In this document: positions 51,116 through 62,275 of the stretch, piece after piece
How the letters are laid out: every line of letters begins with the position of its first letter
Numbering within the stretch: the first letter of the stretch is position 1
Assembly (NCBI RefSeq): GCF_040938485.1
Contig: NW_027271795.1
Coordinates: 434,001 to 498,000 of the forward strand
Length of the DNA: 64,000 nt
Origin: Diadema antillarum
Taxonomy: Eukaryota
Direction of reading: 5' to 3'
The notes under the pieces: generated by a model
The model's database searches: none
Seen by the model: the letters and a program-made list of their open reading frames with translations, nothing else
What the model was told of the DNA's origin: nothing
Made by a program: the position numbers and the translations under genes

Positions 51116-54100
51116 TAATGAATAGATAAATATGTAAACCTAACAATATGCCGTTTTACAGAAAAAGTGAAAAAGGGAAAAAAGAACCTGCCCTTTGTCT
51201 ATTGACGGCAGAAAAAAAAACCTTTAACGTCACGTTACATCAATACATGGGCATATCACTGCAAACTCAATCATCTCGCATGATGCGCACCAAACATACA
51301 GCAACCCGTCAATTACGCGTGTGTGTTGATCATGGAAATTGGGGGCCCTAGAGAGTTAAATGTTTGCAAAACTTATTTAACGTAATCTGAAAGGGGCATT
51401 GGAATAAAAGACGAGAAGCAAGCAAGCGCAAATGTAAGGTATGACTTCTCTCTGAGATACGGGTGACACTATGCAAGATTATGCAATTATGGACAGTCCT
51501 CCCCTTTTCTGAATTTGGTATATACTAAGACCAGCTTGCACAGTCCATTAATTCTCATCCTCTACCCTGCAACATCTTTGGACTGGGATTTAGAGCCATA
51601 TTACGGGACGTTTTGTTCATTTTTTCCCCATTTTATCTGGACATGCTTTCAGTGGCAAAAAAGAAGTGCAAACGCGCATGCGCAATGTAATTTCCTGTAA
51701 CTTAAAACAACATTGCATTGCACAACTGAGATGGAACAAGGGAAAAATATTATATTTCACCATCTTGTCTTTCATTGTATAGACATCGAAGAAATTGTGT
51801 AGTAGTAATCATGAAAATGAATACGAATTCAGATTCTGTAATATAATAATCTAGGAAATCTGACGAAGAGAGCTTTGTACGGGGTGTAAATATTTCTTTG
51901 CAAGAGCATTATATAAAAGCTATATTTTGCTACCTATATCAAAGAGAATACTAGTATTCTAAGACAGATGTGCTTTCGATAATGATAGATTACAAATGAT
52001 TTTATTTTTACATGACGCAACTACGCTTATATGCCATTGATTTGTTAAATTGTTCTTATTTTATTGTACGAGCAAGTATGAAACATAATGAGAACTGTCA
52101 GAGTCATTTTGCCTCGTTGCAAAATGAGAGAAAAATCACTTGAGGTAGTCTATGCAATAAAACGTAGCTTTAGAAGGACATTATACCACAGCCCTTTTAT
52201 CGTACACAATGTGAAATATCTAACATATTTAAGGCACATTATCTAGCTATCATAATGCCTTGGTGTTTCTTTTTAGTCAATGTCTAATGATAACAAATAT
52301 TACGTATCTCCGCAAACATAGTCATAAACTGTTCCTCTATACATTCCAGTCACAGAATTGATTATCAACCTCGCTCAGGGCGAATGGTTCAAAAGGTTTG
52401 TTTACTTCTTCACAGTCGATGTAGAGACATTTTACAGTTTGAAGATGTAAGAAAATGTACTCAGACATTTAAAAGTATAATTATATATGATATTCACTTA
52501 TTTGATGTGCTAGTAATAATTACCTTCAGAAAAATTATCGCTGTAGTCTACAAGATTAATACAAATTAGACTGAGGTGAAAAGGAATAATAAAATGTATC
52601 ATTCCGTAGTCCTGTATCAATGTTTAAAATGTTTAATTTATATAAGCATCATACGCTTCGCTCAAATTCGACTCTCTATACAGATTTGATAAATCCCAAC
52701 TGTTAACCTGAAATTGGTTCATTTTGGGGTTTAGGTGCACTGTTGCATTTCCATAGCATAACGCGGTGTGTAGAATGATTAGTGGTGACTTTTTTTTTCG
52801 TAAGTGTTCTGATATTCCAAGTTAAGGTGAATATCATGTTTCACTGTGTCTATGATCGGAGTTTCTTGGCGATTGATTTGATAATCATTGAATTGTAAAT
52901 TTGATTTACTCAAGTTCGTTGCAATATTTTATCTCCGTCTGCTGTGGAGCCGGGTCTCCACGTGATTAGTTTAGTTGCATTGAGACTGGAGAAAAATAGT
53001 TATGATCATTATATTTTCTTGAATTCACTGTATCATAATGTATATAGATAATTCTGATATTGCAAAATGAGTGACGAATTACATCCGCATCAAATTCAGC
53101 ACAGACTTACAGACATCTGTCCACAGAGCGCCAGTATAACGCGTCCAGCATAACCTATTTTACGTGCACAACTATGCGAGACATATAAAGTATTTGATGT
53201 GTGCTGTTTTCCTAACGACAACTGCTGTAACCAGCGGAATTCAACATGTGAAAAAGTTAATGCGTAACTTGTTGATGTCAACGAATAAGAGGACAGTAAT
53301 CTCTTCATTGTTGTTGTCGTGAAATTTACATGTTGTTTCGCGCCCATGATTTTCAAATGACAATAACACTACTATAATGAATTATACGTGTGCCTTTGAT
53401 TGCAATCATGTGCCTTTATAATATACTTGTATCAGTGTTGTGCAGATAATCAATAATGCAATAAGGTGAAGCAGGGTTGATCTATATCTTCATTTGCCGG
53501 AATCTATAACGGAGCCGCGGGCGGTTTTCTACATGAGTGTCAAAAATTACTGCGGAAAGATTTTTGCTCACACAATTACTGTTATTTACACTCCGTAAAC
53601 GCCCTGAGCAAATATAATCGTAATTACAGAAATCTCAAAACAACTGGAAAATAAATAACCCAGATAGAGAGAGCGAAAAATAGAAGTCGAGTTGATGTGA
53701 AATATTTGAAGCAGTCAAACTCAATTAACTTTAAATATCTTATCTCTTCACAAGAGAAAAATCTAATGGACTATTTTGATCAATTCGATTACATTTCAAG
53801 GACGTATCAGTGCACTATGGATATCGTTCAAATTTAATTATCATATCATCAAAATTTAATCAAACTGCATGATTATAGTTTGGTGTCACTCACAATCCTG
53901 CTTCACAATATGATATTTTTCTTCTATTATCAACTGACTTAGTTTCCATAATTCTTTTTTTCTTCAATTTTTGATTCGTTTCATGTCGCGGAGACAACGT
54001 CTTTGTCATGAACATTGTATTCGCTTGTGTGCTTATCAACACAATAAACTGTCTGCATGTACGCATTGAAGGTGTTGCCATTGCCTGCTTGATAATGTTG

Positions 54101-54194
54101 GTGTTGTAAAGACTTCCTGATTATAGGTGTGCATCCAGAGACGGCCATATGAAGTTATCAATACAATCATAAACGTCGTCTTGCAGTCATGAAT

Positions 54195-54537
54195 CAGGTC
54201 TGTAACTGGGATTTTTATGGAAGGGCTCAGAGCAAGAAAAAGTGGACCTTTTTAGTACAAGTTTTTCGCCACTTCAAGATTTAAATGCATTTTTTTTGTT
54301 CCGTTTCTCTCTCTCTTTTTTTTTATTTCTTTTATTCATTATTATTATTTTTCTCTTTGCTTCTGGCAAATGGAGGGTTCCGCGAGTCACTTTTCATTTT
54401 TATTTCCTTTACTTATTCATTTATTATTATTATTATCATTTTTTTTTGCTGCTAACAAATTAGGGGGGGGGGGGGGGTCCGCGGAACACCCTGAACACCC
54501 CCCCCCCCCCCCCCCCCCCCAATTAGCTACGGGTCTG
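54195..54537. mobile_element. MITE-like element with G/C homopolymer subterminal region
   Basis: Ends CAGGTCTGTAACTGG ... AATTAGCTACGGGTCTG (imperfect inverted repeat), same general style as 38162-38320. Confidence 0.5.
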
Positions 54538-54664
54538 TGAATATACACTGAAACATCACTCCAGGTTCGTGAATATTTACAAATTAACATCGAAACAAAC
54601 GGGACGGTAGAAGTCCACATATCAAAGTGCTTGAAATGATGAAATGTCACATATAAGAAACGGT

Positions 54665-54945
54665 GATAATGGTAATAACAATAATGATAATAATAATAAT
54701 AATAATAATAATACTGATGATAATAAGGTCTTATTTACCCTGGGTAGCCTCTTCAGTGTTGCCACTGCTCTTCCAGATCGAGGGCCCTGCCATTAACCTA
54801 TCAGGCCATTAATATTACTGTAGCGTTGCCAGGTACCCATTTATACACCTGGGTCGAGAGGGACACTGTGGGTAAAACATCTTGTCAAAGGACGTAAGCA
54901 CTGGGCGGGATTCGAACCTGGGTCCTCTGATCGGGAATCTTAAGT
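54665..54945 (-). mobile_element. tRNA-derived SINE with LINE-like 3' tail and (ATT)n end
   Basis: On the - strand: B box GGTTCGAATCCC, central CCCAGGTGTATAAATGGGTACC, tail GGCAGGGCCC...GGAAGAGCAG...CTGAAGAGGCTACCCAGGG, then (ATT)n (54665-54724). Confidence 0.85.
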
Positions 54946-55104
54946 CGTATATACACTGTGCACGTTTTAAATGATTCCATTGTGTTACGGAAGGTTGATT
55001 AACAACATCAAGATCTTTAAAACACGTTTATCACAAATCAAGCACAGACATATCGAACCCACATGCCAGTCAAGAAGAAAAGTACAAAATTAATGCATCC
55101 TCAG

Positions 55105-55478
55105 ATCATTCAATCAATCCAATCAATCCAATCAATCAAGCCTCCAATCAATTAATTAATTAATTGATCAATTAATCAATCCATCAATCAATTATTCATT
55201 TAATCAATCAATCAAACAATCAGTCAGTCACAATTGTATGTATGTTTTATAAAGAGTAGCAGATCGACATAGGGAATATCACCTCCCCCCCCCAGTGTCT
55301 TAAAGGCTAATCAATGTTTGAAAAACTAATTTATTTGTTGATTTATTCATTCAATCAGCCGATAAATTATTTCAATGATTGAAAAGTGATTAATTGATTA
55401 TTGATTATTGAGTTGATTCACTAATTGAACGACTCAATGACTAACTAACTGATATCGGTTGATGTATTGATGGGTTGG

Positions 55479-55515
<37 letters not shown>

Positions 55516-55530
55516 CAATTGATTGATTAC
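55105..55530. repeat. Facing (AATC)n and (GATT)n degenerate tetranucleotide arrays
   Basis: AATC-rich 55105-55230 and GATT-rich 55380-55530. Confidence 0.8.
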
Positions 55531-56319
55531 AAGGATGAATGATTTGAATGTTGATGAATTTGGTACCATTACCACATTAATGAATAACTGGCATATGGTA
55601 TTGATATGTCCGTGTATTGTGAAAACTGAGCTTTAAAGATCTTGAAGTAATTACACACTCTAATTCTCACCAAATGATTTAGAAATGAAATCATTAAAAT
55701 TACTATAAAACTGACAAAAAATCTCAGATTATCATAACATAATCAAAGCTTTAAGCAAAAAAACAAAACAAAAAAAAAAACAATTTGTTTGAATAGGAGC
55801 ACTTATTTGGACCGCTGACTGAATTTTCCATCTTCTTTCAATTTGGCGCAAGTCATTGTTCACACTCTTGACAAAGCCAAGCGTGAATAAAAGTTTGTTT
55901 TGTTGATTGCACTTGATAGATGAGACTATTGGGCATTCATAAATGTTAACAAATCTTCAAAATATTTTGAAATGTAATTTAGACAATTTTTACAAAAGTG
56001 TAACGGTTTTTTATACACCCTGTATGTAATAGTGTAATATATAGTTTGTGTCCGTAAGTGTCAGACTATCATCTATCACAGAGATTTTTTTTTTCCCGAT
56101 ACGCATGAAAATATCATGATAAAATGAGACATAATCAGATAAACCTTTAACATTTTTGCAGTCATTTGAATACCACTTTAGCTGATCTGATATCTGATCT
56201 AACAACTTTTCTCCACTGAAATGTAAATAGAAATACAAATTATTAATTTCACACTGGACTCAATTAGCCAAATCTCTTTAGAGCACAATTTTCTTACCAT
56301 AAGAAAAAGAATAGAAATG

Positions 56320-56678
56320 TTGTTTGTTTGTTTGTTCATTTCCATCTCAGAAGATGGTTAGATATCCCATATTCAGCTACGCAAAGCTGGTCTTCCATGG
56401 GATCCAGGTGTGGATGTGAGGCTTGACCACTTCACCAGGTTAAACACCCTGCTCTTTGCGATGAAAGAATGAAGAGGGATCTTTTACGTGCATGAGTTGT
56501 GACTCTTTCACACACTGGACATTCATTTTATGTCCTATCCGAGGGACAGAGTGTTTTGCCTCTTGCTAGAGAGGACGGTATGTTTACACACAACATTGCT
56601 CACTCCAGACTCGGGTTCGAACCCGGGCCCCTAGGTTCGTGAGGCATAAGCGCTACCGACTGAGCCAAATCACCGCCC
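56320..56678 (-). mobile_element. Deu-domain tRNA-derived SINE, copy 1 (near full length)
   Basis: A box TGGCTCAGTCGG, B box GGTTCGAACCC. Deu-like core TGTCCCTCGGATAGGACATAAAA...GCACGTAAAAGATCCC...AAGAGCAGGGTGTT resembles the AmnSINE/DeuSINE core as recalled. LINE-like tail and (CAAA)n end. Confidence 0.85.
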
Positions 56679-57671
56679 TTAAAATTTAATGTTGGCGGTT
56701 GTTTTGGCATGTCTCAAAATCCTGAAGGATGCAAGAATTTCATCGTCCAGATTCGGATTCAGCTTTCTCAAAATAGGGTAAAATGGTGAACAAACAAACA
56801 AAGAAACAAACATTGGGCGGACAGTAAAACAAGGTACAGACACCAAGACAATAGTGAAAAAAGACAATTTAGTATATACCGTGATTCATTGGACATCGGT
56901 CTCTATTTAGTTTACATGACAACTTCAATTTATTTACGGTTTCTGTTAACTAACATATTAATGGCTGCTTTATACGAACATTTATGGCTGTTATAGCAAT
57001 CATGGGGGACATCTTTTCAGTGGATGTTAATTGTGCCATCAATGATTAAATGCTACGAGACATACGTTTGAGACAGACTATATCCTGACATTTTCAATAA
57101 AACACTAATGGTTGATGTTGGTCTCTATAGTGCATTATATTTCAAATGAAAGCGCAAGTTCCCTCTACCTGTTACTTTTTATTATTATTCATGGTTCCAT
57201 ATACCACGTATCATATAATTTTTCATTCCATTTGATTTCAAGAAAGCAGTTTGACACAAGACAGTTCATTTGAGAAGGAAATAAAAAGTAAGTAAATATT
57301 GTGAAGAACGTGCAATACGAAAAACCTTTTAAAAAGCAGAAGCTATGTGTTCAGGTTAGTATTATTCACAATGCCTTCTGTAAAACCATTTTGAAGTCTT
57401 TGCCTGTTTCTAGAAAAAAAAAACCCGAAAGATTTCTTTTTGTAAGTTGTTAAATTCTATTTGTTTTTTAGTTTTCTTTATAAAGTAGATTTCTGATTAG
57501 AATTTTGTAATTAATCTGGATTGACACTGAAGAACATTTAAAATGAAGAATATAAATTAACGAATCATGGTAGGATCTTCACATTGGCCATGCACCTTTC
57601 ATACAGATATCATAACAATACAATTTTCAATATCTTTACTAAAATGTATATATTTATTTTATTTTTTCTTC

Positions 57672-57981
57672 ATCTGAGAGGATTGCCAGATAACCCACAT
57701 TCAGCTGCACTAGCTGGTCTGTCACGGGGTCCAGTTGGATGTGAGGTGGGACCACTTCACCGGATTATGCACCCTGCTCTTTCACGTGCATGAGTTTAGA
57801 CTCTCTAACACACGGGACCTCTATATTTAATGTACTAACCGAAGGACAGAGTGTTTCTCCTCTTACCAGAGGAGACAGTATGATTACACACATCATTGCT
57901 CAGTTAAACTCGGGTATCGAAGCCGGGTCCTTTGAATCGGGAGGCAGATGCGCTATACCGACTGAGCCAAATCACCGCCCT
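57672..57981 (-). mobile_element. Deu-domain SINE, copy 2 (27-bp internal deletion)
   Basis: Same 5' end AGGGCGGTGATTTGGCTCAGTCGGT as copy 1 and colinear over its whole length. Confidence 0.85.
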
Positions 57982-58764
57982 GAATAAATAAAAGCTCCTT
58001 CACCATGTCTGAAATTGCAGCTATACCTTCAGGTGGTTTGATGTTGTATCTTCCAACAAGTGTTGCAACTTTGCAGAAAAGCAAATGTTCTTCCTCATGT
58101 GAGCCCTAGCTCTGCTGTACTTTTATCTAGATAACTGCTTGTTTAGGTAGTAAACTTTTCAAAAGCTTCTTAATGAAATCTTTATAATGGTTTTGTTTAG
58201 AATTTAGATTAGAATAACACCTAGATGATTACAGCTCCTGTATACCTCGAAAATCTCCAAGCTTAATGTTGCAATTGTGTAAGTGATTTTAGACAGAATT
58301 AACATCGTTAGTGTATCTGACTAGTTTCATCTGATATTTTTTCAGTGACAGATAGGCAGTGAAATGCAGAGAAGCCAAATGATGGTAAGATGAGAAATAA
58401 ATGGCATAATGAATGGTGACCACGAATGCCAACCTTACATTTTATATTCAGTCCACTTTACTTCTGTCGATTGACTGTGTTGAATCAGAATTTACTTAGT
58501 AAGTAAATTCTGATTCAACACATAATTTTTAAGGAACAGACAAAAACTACAAATATATACTGTAAAACGTATACATACGTATAATACGTAATAAATAATA
58601 TATTCATTACCTTGAAAAAATGGACACACCTGATAATAATGCGTATGTATGTGTGTATGTGTGTGTGTGTGTGTGTGTACCAAAATTTCATCGTCAACAT
58701 GGACCTGATATCGAATGAAATTCAAATAAAAATATCATTTAAAAAAATGTGTATCTTTGTGAAG

Positions 58765-60521
58765 TCATGTGTCTAGCTGGCTGCGGTAGTCGTGCTTGTC
58801 CCACCTTCCCGCACAATCGTTGATGACTTGTAAGTAACCGTCGTCTTGGAGGGACTGCCACACATCGAACTCCTTGTTGAAAGAGTGAGGACTTGTCGAG
58901 TAGTTCTTGGGTGTGTCGTCGTAGTAGTGATAACGAAGGGTTCGATTTGTTGGGTCGACATAGCGAGGATAGAACCCGTATAATGTTATTCTTCGGCAAA
59001 ACGTTGTAGCTGTGAGATAGATCGCTGCACCTGTGGTTGCATGTCTGACATTCATCCATCTGCCAGGGAATAAAAAAAAAATAAAAACCAAAACAGTGTC
59101 AACGACGAGCAAAAGTCCATAGCAAACAATATGTCGCAAAAACATTAACCACGAATAACAACACTAAATGCGTTAATTGAGACCAAAGAAAACAGTCTGA
59201 CAATTACGATTTCAACAAATCGTTGCGTCAACGGTCTCCAATCTACATGTATAGATGGAACAAGCAATGAGCAGTTCATAGGTCACTCTTGAAATGGCAT
59301 CCAAAGAAAATTTGATTCTCAGGTAAATGAACAGACGTAATGATCTCAAGTTGAATGATAATTATTGTACCCCAATGCTATGTAAAGCAGTTTTTAAACC
59401 TAATGAATATGGAACTGAACGTTATGAAAGGTTTGAGCAGACACTTTTTTTGCACTTTTGTTCAGCGCATTTACATATTTTAACGACCAATTTCATGTTA
59501 ACGTGAGAGGAGGCAATGGAAGCTCGATAAAACAGAACAGAAGAATATAAAAGTTAAAGCACAAATGATCGTGAGAAATAATTATACGCACTTTGATGTT
59601 CTCCCAGTTGGATTAAGCGGACTGAAGGCGAAAGAAGTTTTCAGGCCGTAATATTTCTCGTAGAACTGCAGTCCTTTCTTGATGCGTTTCATCATATTGA
59701 AACTTCTGATGTACCAAATTACACTGTTATTCAGACGGCGCATGAGTCCCAACAAACTTCGACAATCGTCTGGTAAATTGTCGACCGACGTTTTTGCGTA
59801 TTCCTCTTCAGCACACGCCGCCATTACTCTACTCAATTCGCTGTTAATCGTTGTTAGATTAGTCTTCGATCCAACATCTCGAGCATATTCCCCGCCGGCG
59901 GGCGCGAGGTTCATTCGTAGAACTAGATTTGCCCTGTCGATGACGTCACCACAACTGCTATCCAATAGAACGCCGCTATTTCCCACGATTGCGCAGGAAT
60001 CTATCAGCGGGAGGGACCTGGTCTGGTTGTACCGCTTTAAGCGAGTTAGAGACGAAGTTATTTTCATTTCATCCGGCCGTATTCCAGGTAGAAATATCTG
60101 GATAGTCTTCTCGCTGGTAATATTCGTCATTAACTTATCCCTTTAAAGGAACCAGAAAAAAGGGAAAAAAGAATTAAATGCGAAATCATGTACCAATGAT
60201 TTTTTGTATACCTTTATAAACAGTATATACACGTCATCCAGTAATTTTGATGGATTCAAACAATTGATACTTGCTGTATTCAGTCTTTCCTTTCCTTGTA
60301 TGCTATTATACCTGTAAGTGTTGCGTGGTTTATCATTTCACATTTTTATAATGGATAAGTCATGATGTATGATTTATTCCCTTGCAAAAAAATAGACATT
60401 ATGATGTAGGAGCAACACGAAAGTAATTAGTTTTACCTTGACACAATATACTCATTCGGCTTTGCTGGTTTCTTTTTCGCTGTCGTTGTCTGTCGTTGCA
60501 CCGACGCCACAAGGCCACGAT
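58765..60521 (-). CDS. ST8SIA: Alpha-2,8-sialyltransferase (GT29, ST8Sia II/IV-like); 3 exons found, 5' transmembrane exon not found
   Basis: Exons 60521-60437 (probable), 60140-59592 and 59059-58765, with GT-AG introns and compatible phases. Sialylmotif L CAIVGNSGVLLDSSCG...RMNLAPAGGEYARDVGSKT; motif S TTGAAIYLTATTFCRRITLYGFYP; motif III YHYYD; motif VS HSFNKE; C-terminal Cys typical of ST8Sia. Confidence 0.92.
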
Positions 60522-61689
60522 CTGATGTTGAAATACACCGAATCCAAAATGAAAGTTTCTAGCATTCATTGCGCCTCTGCAATAGGTGCAATTCATAAAA
60601 TATCTAATTCGGCAGTATATGCTGATGCTGAATCTATGTAGAAGACATTTATCTGACATCTCGTTTCTTTAGTACGTAAAACTATTTGACTCGATTCCGT
60701 AGCTATCTCAAAGGGCTTTGGTAAACTTTTCAAATTTGGTTGATTTAAATCATGTAAATATATGGACTCGTATATTTTTGGACCCTTGTTATTCACCTTA
60801 GCACGATGCAAATCGATAACGTATAGTTATACTTGCAAAACATCACTGATTGCAAGCTTACATTGTCATTCATTCTTTTTTCAATTATGCTCGTGCTATA
60901 GGCAAGATTACAAAAGTTGCTATCTTGCGCACGACTGTACGAACAACTTCAATATGGATAAAGCCAAGTGGGTTTCCTAGCCAGTGTTAATTTCAATTCC
61001 TAGAGTTGAAATTTGGAGATCTGATAATGATTATTTTTACATTCTAGTACGTTTTAGTTGAAAGTGTTTTTCTCTTTTGCCCAACTGTAAATAAAATATT
61101 GACGTACAGTCGTACATTGTTAAAACGTAAGGGAGAAAAAGAAAATGGACACATATTGGCACCTCATTATTCCAGTCGCTCGTAAAGTCATGTGTAATTT
61201 TACGAACCGCTTTATGAAACTGGGTCCTGTTTTGATACAGTTAATGTTACAAATTCCATGTCCAGTAAACTCAGAAGTACAACCGAAAACATTTAAGCTC
61301 TATAGGTGAAGGTATGACAGGAAAAAAAAGCAACAACAACAATGAAAGGTATAGAAAATCATCCAACAGTCAGGAGCTCCAAACAGAGTGGGGATGCCTT
61401 CTCTCTTTCACAAACACACATACACACACAAAATGATATAAAAGTGTTTGAAATAGTACCCTCGTGGAAACCCGACTTTTCTCACTTTTCCAACTGATTC
61501 CGACAAATGAAACTGACAGGGTGTAAACCTCATGTGTATAGTGCTCTATAAAATGACATGTCAGATTAGTGTCCAGAAAGCATTTAACATGGGATCAAGG
61601 CTAATAAAACACAGAATATAAAATAGACTTTGGATTCATGATTCGATGTACTGCCAATAATTATATTATATTGGATGGCTATGAATGAG

Positions 61690-61784
61690 ATACCAGGGAA
61701 TATTTCACGAGTTATAGGATCAATATTGCACGAATCGAAGATGAGTGCAACATTGACCCTAACAAGTGCAATATTCCCTGGTAT
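61690..61784. mobile_element. Short palindromic (hairpin) element
   Basis: ATACCAGGGAATATT...CAATATTGCAC / GTGCAACATTG...AATATTCCCTGGTAT, with ~40-bp imperfect arms. Confidence 0.75.
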
Positions 61785-62275
61785 TCCATGAATTAATGTC
61801 ATCCAATATAATAATCATAATCTATAGTCATGTAGAGAAAACATAAACTGCATAAACATACCGTTAGCCTACTTCTAGTTGTCTTTAAAATTGGCTCAGC
61901 AGTCCCATCCCAGCACTGAGAAAGGAAAAGCCCCTACGCAACTATTTGCGTATGAAGCAAGCAACTATAACAAGATGTTTGCGCGCTTGTGAATTGTAAC
62001 AGTTTGAAAGTGTGAAAGTTTACTGACTCAATCACCCCAATTGGGGTAGCGAGATCAAAAGCAACATGAATATGATAACATACATAGACATAATATGTAC
62101 AGAAACGTTACAAGCACCGCCTACGAGCACTAAAACACGAACTCATAGATATGCATACAAAATGTTCTAATACCATAAGTCTAATAATTAAGTCATCTTT
62201 GATAAATCATATTTACACACAAAAAATGAAGGCATTAGACTGCATTTATGATAGTGATTTGATGGACTCTATTTG

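Noticed and set aside
55995-56240. Mariner-like right TIR (TACAGGGTGT type) and adjacent protein-like minus ORF (LLDQISDQLKWYSND...)
   Set aside because: No matching left TIR was found, and no compatible neighbouring exon could be assigned.
56600-56678. tRNA gene
   Set aside because: A and B boxes are present, but it continues into a SINE body, has a second decayed copy at 57900-57981, and lacks a proper acceptor stem.
56700-58390. Possible + strand exons (57242-57287, ~58033-58098, ~58348-58385) convergent on the sialyltransferase
   Set aside because: Splice sites are plausible but the peptides are short and unrecognisable, and opposite-strand readings are equally plausible.
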